From: Eledone cirrhosa
Lineage: Eukaryota
Direction: 5' to 3'
Length of the DNA: 64,000 nt
NCBI GenBank assembly: GCA_964016885.1
Contig: OZ024745.1
Coordinates: 107,756,001-107,820,000, forward strand
Position numbers and translations under genes: made by a program. The notes under the pieces were generated by a model that made no database searches, was not told the DNA's origin, and was given only the letters and a program-made list of their open reading frames with translations. Shown here piece after piece: positions 58,568 through 64,000 of the stretch; the first letter of the stretch is position 1, and each line of letters begins with the position of its first letter.

Positions 58568-61500
58568 CTACAGAACAATGTAGAGAGAAGGCCCATTTAC
58601 ACGGGCCATTCTCGCTTCTTTCACCCACCTTTCATAAAACTGTCTGGGACCAAGCACTTCTCTCTCCATCCTGATTCTTCTTCCGAAGTGGTATCGGAAG
58701 AAGTAAACCAGGTGATGGCCGGAGAGAAAGTCACCCGACCTCAGATTCAGGCGCGTCCACCACACAACCTCTTTCATCATGGCTATTACGCACAGAAAGA
58801 CCGCCTCTGCTTCATTTCTGAAGGGAGGAGGCGGCTTGATGTTCACCACAGACTCGGCGGTTAATCGAATCGGCGCCACACGCGACAGCAGTCGTTCGAC
58901 GTAGCCCCACAGATCGGCAACGCCCGGGCAGTGTACCAGTGCATGCGCAACGGTTTCCTCGTCGCGCACGCATCTGGGACAGATCTTTTTCGCGGGATCC
59001 CTGCCCGGGCGCCCGTGTCTGTAGAGCTTTTCTCGAACGGGCAGAGCCCCCCGGTAACACTGCCAGGCTAGGGACCTCTGGAAGTTGTCCATGGGTCCCG
59101 GGCCGAAAGTTCTACCGAACAGGCTGGCCAGTTCGTCCTCCTCCATGCCTAGCGACTCTCCAAGGGTGTCGTCGCCCCTGCTAGCCACCAACCCTCTATA
59201 GAATGTTGAGGTGGATTCTCCACTGACAGTCGGGTCCGCTTGCCAGATAGCCGTGAGCGCCTGGGCACACTCAGTGTGCCAGTTGCCCAGTTTTCTCGGT
59301 CTTTGCTTCACCCAGGATTGCAGTTCGGTGAGCGAGACGAGCTGTGGGAAGGCTCGCCTCACAAACGGGGCCCACACCGGCTGACCGTTGAGGAATACCT
59401 GTAGATGCCGTAGCCTCAATGCGTGCCTACGCATCAACAGCCACGGCATACCCAGCCCTCCTTTCGAAGGGTGCTGGCAGCAGATGGATCTCCTCACCAT
59501 GGGAGGCCGCTTCTTCCAGAGGAACTGGAAGAGCATGCGTTCCATGATGGTGAGCTTTTCCTTGGGGCAAGGCACGACGGTCAGGCGGTAGTAGATGACG
59601 GACGCTATGTAAGCGTTCGTCACCTCCGCCCGACCTTTCAGTGATAGTTTGCACTTGGCCCACTTCTGGGTCAGCGCAAACACCCTGCTCGTCACCTCGC
59701 CCCAATTCTTCTCCACCTGGAGGTCCGGTCCGAACCAGACCCCGAGCAGCTTCACCGGGCCCTCCGTCCACCGCCCGACGACACCGTCTAACGGCATCGG
59801 TTTGCCCCTCCACGTTCCGAGTTGCAAACCGACTGACTTGTCCTGGTTCAGCTTAGCCCCCGTCAGCCTTTCGTATTCCTCCAGTAGGGTGGCGATCGCC
59901 CCGATTTCCGAGGCGTCCGCCACCATTACTGTTACGTCGTCGGCATAGGCCGAGACCGCTTTGTGCAATCCCGGTTCCAGGGGTATGCCCCGCAGCAACT
60001 CCAACTTCCGCAGCAGTGGCTCGAGAGTCAATACGTACAGAAGGGAGGAGAGGGGGCACCCCTGTCTGATGGATCGGGTGATTTGAAACGGCTCCGAGAG
60101 GTAGCCGTTTACTTTAATCCTAGAGTAGATGTTGCCACTGTGCATGGCAGAAATCCAGCCCCTGAAAACGGGTCCGAAGCCCGCCGCCGCTAGCACCGCA
60201 TCCAGGTAACCATGGTCGACCCTATCGAACGCCTTAGATTGATCCAAGTTGATCAGGGCCCCACCAAAGCCGGGTTCGTAGCCAACCCTCTCTATGATGT
60301 ATCGCATGAGGTGGAGGTTGTCGTGAATGGACCTGGACGGGATAGCGCATGTCTGCGCGTCTCCCACCAAACCACCCACCACAAGCGCCAACCTCTTCGC
60401 CAACACCTTGGCCAAAATCTGTAACTCTGCATTCAGCAGAGTTATGGGCCTAAAGTTACTTAAGTCGTCCCCCTTGCTCTCGTCCTTCCTCACTAGCGTG
60501 ACCACGCCCTTGGTCACAGAACAGGGAATTCTCCCGTTCTGTTGCCAGTTGCAATAGACAGCCTCGAGGAGTTCGGAGAACAAGACCGGCATAGCTAAAT
60601 AAAGTTCGTATGGTAGACCATCGAGACCCGGGGATTTGCGTCTGCTGCATTGGCTGAGCGCTTCCCCGATTTCAGTGGCTGTGATTGGCCCTTCGCAGCA
60701 CTCCGCTTCGCCGCTCGAAAGACGCGGTAGACCGTCGAGGTATGGACCGAAGTCCACATCCCCGTCCGGCCCCCCGCCACCTCCGAACAGTCGAGCAAAG
60801 TGCCTTTGAAAGGTCTCGCACATTCGCTCAGGTTCAAGGATCACCCGTCCATCCTGGTCTCGCAAAGACCGAATGGTGGATTTAATCCCACTCTTGGCTT
60901 CTGTCACGCGGGCCCAGCTAACAGCTTTGGTCCCCTCGTTTCCTAAAGCACGTATTTTACTTCGGACAACGCAGCCTTCGTGCTTCGTGTCAAAGAACTG
61001 GCTCAATGCCGTTCTCGTCGCTAACACTCTGGCTACGTCTCCGCTCCTAATCGCCTCTTCTAGTTTATCTGTTAACTCCCTTTCCCTCCTATTTCTATTC
61101 GCCGCTAGTTCCTTACTGTAACCTATCGAACTTACTCTAATCTCTCTCTTTAGAGATATCCACCACCTACTGTTGACGATCGCTCCCGTCAACCGCATCT
61201 TAACTAAGCTACTAATCCGGTTTCTGTAATCTTTCTTTGTCGGTAAGGACAAATTCATCTTCCAGTAACCGGGACCCTGTCTATGCGTTCTATCAAGGTT
61301 GACCACGCAGGTCACTAATTTGTGATCTGAATAGCCAACCATGATCAGTTCTGGACAACTAAATACGTCCCTATCCTTACTCCTAACCAAAAACCTATCT
61401 AGGTACGATCTAGATTGTCCACTGCGGTTTGCCCAGGTCCAGGTTGGCGCAGTTGGACAATCTAGTCGAAATCTATCGACCAGGTCGAATCGATCGAGTA

Positions 61501-62006
61501 ACCCCTTGAGGCTGCTACACCCCCCTCTATCGGGACATGCCCCTGCATAGTCCCAACGCGCATCTAGGATTCCATTCCAGTCCCCCACTAAAAGCAGGGA
61601 ACGCGACGTTCCTAGAAAAGTCTCCAGACGTTGGAAGAAGTCGGCTCTCTCCGCCCCGAAGGGAGCATAAAGACCGACCAGTCTGAAAGCCCCGCCTTCA
61701 CCACCTCCGACGTCCAGCACCAGTAATCGACCCCCCGGGTCCGAGTGAACAATCTGTACGTCGAGAGTTAGACGTTTATCCAGCAGTACGGCAACTCCCC
61801 CCCCCCCCGCCTCCGGGTTGACAGAGAGATGCGTGCATCTCAAAGTCATCGAAGGCGGGCGCCAGCTGTCTCACGCTGCTGATCCGACTCTCGCAAACAA
61901 CCATCACATCTATACTTTGTGACCTGAGGTCACTTAGAAGCTTTGCTTGCTTCCAAGCTGAGCTCAGGCCACGCGCGTTCAAACAGCCAACTCTCAATTG
62001 ATCTAT
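58568..62006 (-). CDS. ORF2: APE endonuclease, reverse transcriptase, C-terminal CCHC; frameshift in G12 run at 61797-61808
   Basis: CLNARGL, CES, GDWN, SYLDRF, SDH; FRPITLLN, LDQSKAFDRV, RQGCPLS, AYADD; CPRC..H..HC. The N-terminus lies in ORF 61776-61997. Confidence 0.93.
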
Positions 62007-63865
62007 TTTGGTGTTGAAAGTGAAGAAAGAAAAGCACTTACCTCTCCGGGTTGCGTAATTTCCATGGCATCAGGTGTGTTGGGTGGAGGGATGTTTTGTG
62101 GTGGTGTGGGGGTACACGTGTGTGGTGGGGTTGGGGTATTTGGAGTTGTGTCAGGGAGAGGGGCGGTTATGGGGAAATCTTTCAAGAGGACGCGATTCAA
62201 CGGTTTTAAACAGGGGGGGCTCACGTCCCGTCTAAATTGTTCTTTTAAGGAACGATAAAGGTCCAGAGGGACCTTTATCATTTTTAAATGGGTGAAGTTC
62301 TCTGTTGAGATAAAGTTTGGCCCTTCGGTCTGCACCATAGGGTTATTGTTTATTAATTTAACCAGTTTTTTGTTTTCTTTATTTATATATGTGTATTGCA
62401 ACGTCTTTTTTTGTGATGCTGTCAATGTTTCGGAGAGGGGAGGCGCAGATTTATTTTTGTTTGTTGAGGGTGGGGTGTTTTTGATTGGAGTTGGTGTTTG
62501 TGTGTGGGTTATTTGTGGTGTGCTGGGTGTGTGTTTTCTTTTTTTTCTTTTAACTTGTCTGAAGGCTTCTCCTCCTTCTTCTTCAGAAGTTGGGGGAAAC
62601 TCTTCAGCGCTAGGTGGGAGGGACGTGTTGTGTGGTTGTTTTTTTTTTGCGGGAGGGGTAGATTTGTTACTGTTTTTTTTATTATTTGTTTGGAATGGGT
62701 TTTGTGGTGGTGGTGGTGGTAATGTTTGTGTCGTGCTTGTGGTTGGTAATGGTGGTGGTGATGTTTGTGTTGTGGTTGGTGGTGGTGATTTTTGTGTCGT
62801 GCTTGTGTTTGGTGCTGGTGGTGGTGATGTTTGTGTTGTGTTTGTGGTTGGTGGTGTCTGTATTTTGTTTGCTGTGTGTGGTATTAGTGTATTTTTGGAG
62901 GTGGGTGGTGCTGGTGTACTGTTTGTGGTGGGTGTGGGCAATAGTCCTTTTTGGGGGATACGTTTCGGGCAGTTAGCCTTAACGTGTCCCCTTTCCATGC
63001 ATAAATAGCATGCTGGTCTTCTCCCCTCTACAATTATGTCTATTGGGGTAAGGTCATCCAGCCAGATGCGATCCGGGATTTGTGCTATTCTTTCGGGCCT
63101 CATTTGGACTAGTATGTCGAGGCCCATTCCCAGGAACGCATCTCCAGTTGCCTTCCCCATTGACAGCATAGTGTCTTCGCCCATATCAATGAAGCCAGCA
63201 ATAGCCCACCAGAAGTCCATTGTGGGCAGCATTGTTTTTACTTTTACCCTCTGTGTTCTTCTACCCATGTAGGAGGGATAGAAGCTATATGTTGTCGACG
63301 AGAGTGGGCTTAGGGAAAGCTGAACCGCCGTTTCTTTGTCTCTTGTTAGGACCGAAATGCTGCCATAGAGTCGGTCCTTTCGTATGAAGAGAATATTCTT
63401 CATATAGTCTTTTAGGACTAACTCTATTTCCATTTGGCTGGGCTGTGCTGGCTTTCTTGACTGGTTTAGTATAGTTCTGTATATAACTGTGTTTTCTGCT
63501 CTGGCTTTCTTGAATTCTGGGGGGGAGTTAATGGAAAACATTCCGTTTTCCCCCAAAACAATATGTTTCTTTGCTTCGGCCAGTTTTTCTCTGGCGGCAG
63601 TTAGGTCAATTGGTGTGTATGTAATGGATTGCTTTGTTTTCTGGGCGAAAGTTGCCCTGTCGTTATTTGTATTATTTTCTGTTTGTTTGTTTTCTGTTTG
63701 CTCATTTTCCTTAACATTTGTTTTTTCATTTTGTTTGTTTGTTTCAATGTCTAATTTTGTTGTAATTATTTTTTGTTCTTCAGACTTGGGGGGCGTGGCA
63801 GAGCTAATGGCAGACATGTCTGCCATCTTTTCCGCCATGCTGCCAAGAAAGAAATTTTTCGGCAA
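62003..63865 (-). CDS. ORF1: gag-like nucleic-acid-binding protein with CCHC knuckle and Pro/Thr-rich tail
   Basis: 620-aa uninterrupted ORF, CYLCMERGHVKANC, immediately upstream of ORF2. Confidence 0.9.
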   Translation of the reverse strand: MPKNFFLGSMAEKMADMSAISSATPPKSEEQKIITTKLDIETNKQNEKTNVKENEQTENKQTENNTNNDRATFAQKTKQSITYTPIDLTAAREKLAEAKKHIVLGENGMFSINSPPEFKKARAENTVIYRTILNQSRKPAQPSQMEIELVLKDYMKNILFIRKDRLYGSISVLTRDKETAVQLSLSPLSSTTYSFYPSYMGRRTQRVKVKTMLPTMDFWWAIAGFIDMGEDTMLSMGKATGDAFLGMGLDILVQMRPERIAQIPDRIWLDDLTPIDIIVEGRRPACYLCMERGHVKANCPKRIPQKGLLPTPTTNSTPAPPTSKNTLIPHTANKIQTPPTTNTTQTSPPPAPNTSTTQKSPPPTTTQTSPPPLPTTSTTQTLPPPPPQNPFQTNNKKNSNKSTPPAKKKQPHNTSLPPSAEEFPPTSEEEGGEAFRQVKRKKRKHTPSTPQITHTQTPTPIKNTPPSTNKNKSAPPLSETLTASQKKTLQYTYINKENKKLVKLINNNPMVQTEGPNFISTENFTHLKMIKVPLDLYRSLKEQFRRDVSPPCLKPLNRVLLKDFPITAPLPDTTPNTPTPPHTCTPTPPQNIPPPNTPDAMEITQPGEVSAFLSSLSTPK

Positions 63866-64000
63866 AAATAGATATTTATTTTACCCCCTAAACAGGGGGT
63901 AAATGCAAAAATGTTTCCCTAAATAACAGGGGTTAGTGTTCCAAATGTGTTGCACTAAAAAATTTATCCGGTACTTACAATAGTAAGGGTAAATCCCGAT

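Larger units (their letters stand above)
58331..64000 (-). mobile_element. Near full-length Tx1-like (L1 group) non-LTR retrotransposon; 5' end may extend past the window
   Basis: Two-ORF structure, 3'UTR with AATAAA ending in (TCTA)n. Confidence 0.93.

Overview
Eukaryotic, AT-rich, microsatellite-saturated DNA; the repeat content resembles octopus/coleoid cephalopod genomes (inference, not verified). I cannot support any host gene. Most ORF-track entries are translations of (TA)n, (CA)n, (GA)n or (GATA)n tracts. Recognisable coding remnants are all retroelements: a near-intact Tx1/L1-type LINE (58331-63865, minus) plus decayed relatives, a 5'-truncated R4/Dong-type RLE LINE (45537-47670), an RTE-type RT remnant, and two Penelope-like (PLE) GIY-YIG endonuclease fragments (2-355 and 39814-40034). 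There are also many tRNA-derived SINE copies. The main signal is non-coding: about 25 hand-folded type I hammerhead ribozyme (HHR) motifs from roughly a dozen sequence families, nearly all in short (TA)n-embedded insertions with fold-back architecture. Four families form ORF-less HHR-to-HHR tandem units of about 472, 485, 525 and 593 nt (retrozyme-like). Two unrelated families use a compensatory U3-A8 catalytic core, and six or seven families share a 3' hairpin (ACTC...GAGTRC). All folds were done by eye and all coordinates counted by hand (a few nt of error possible).
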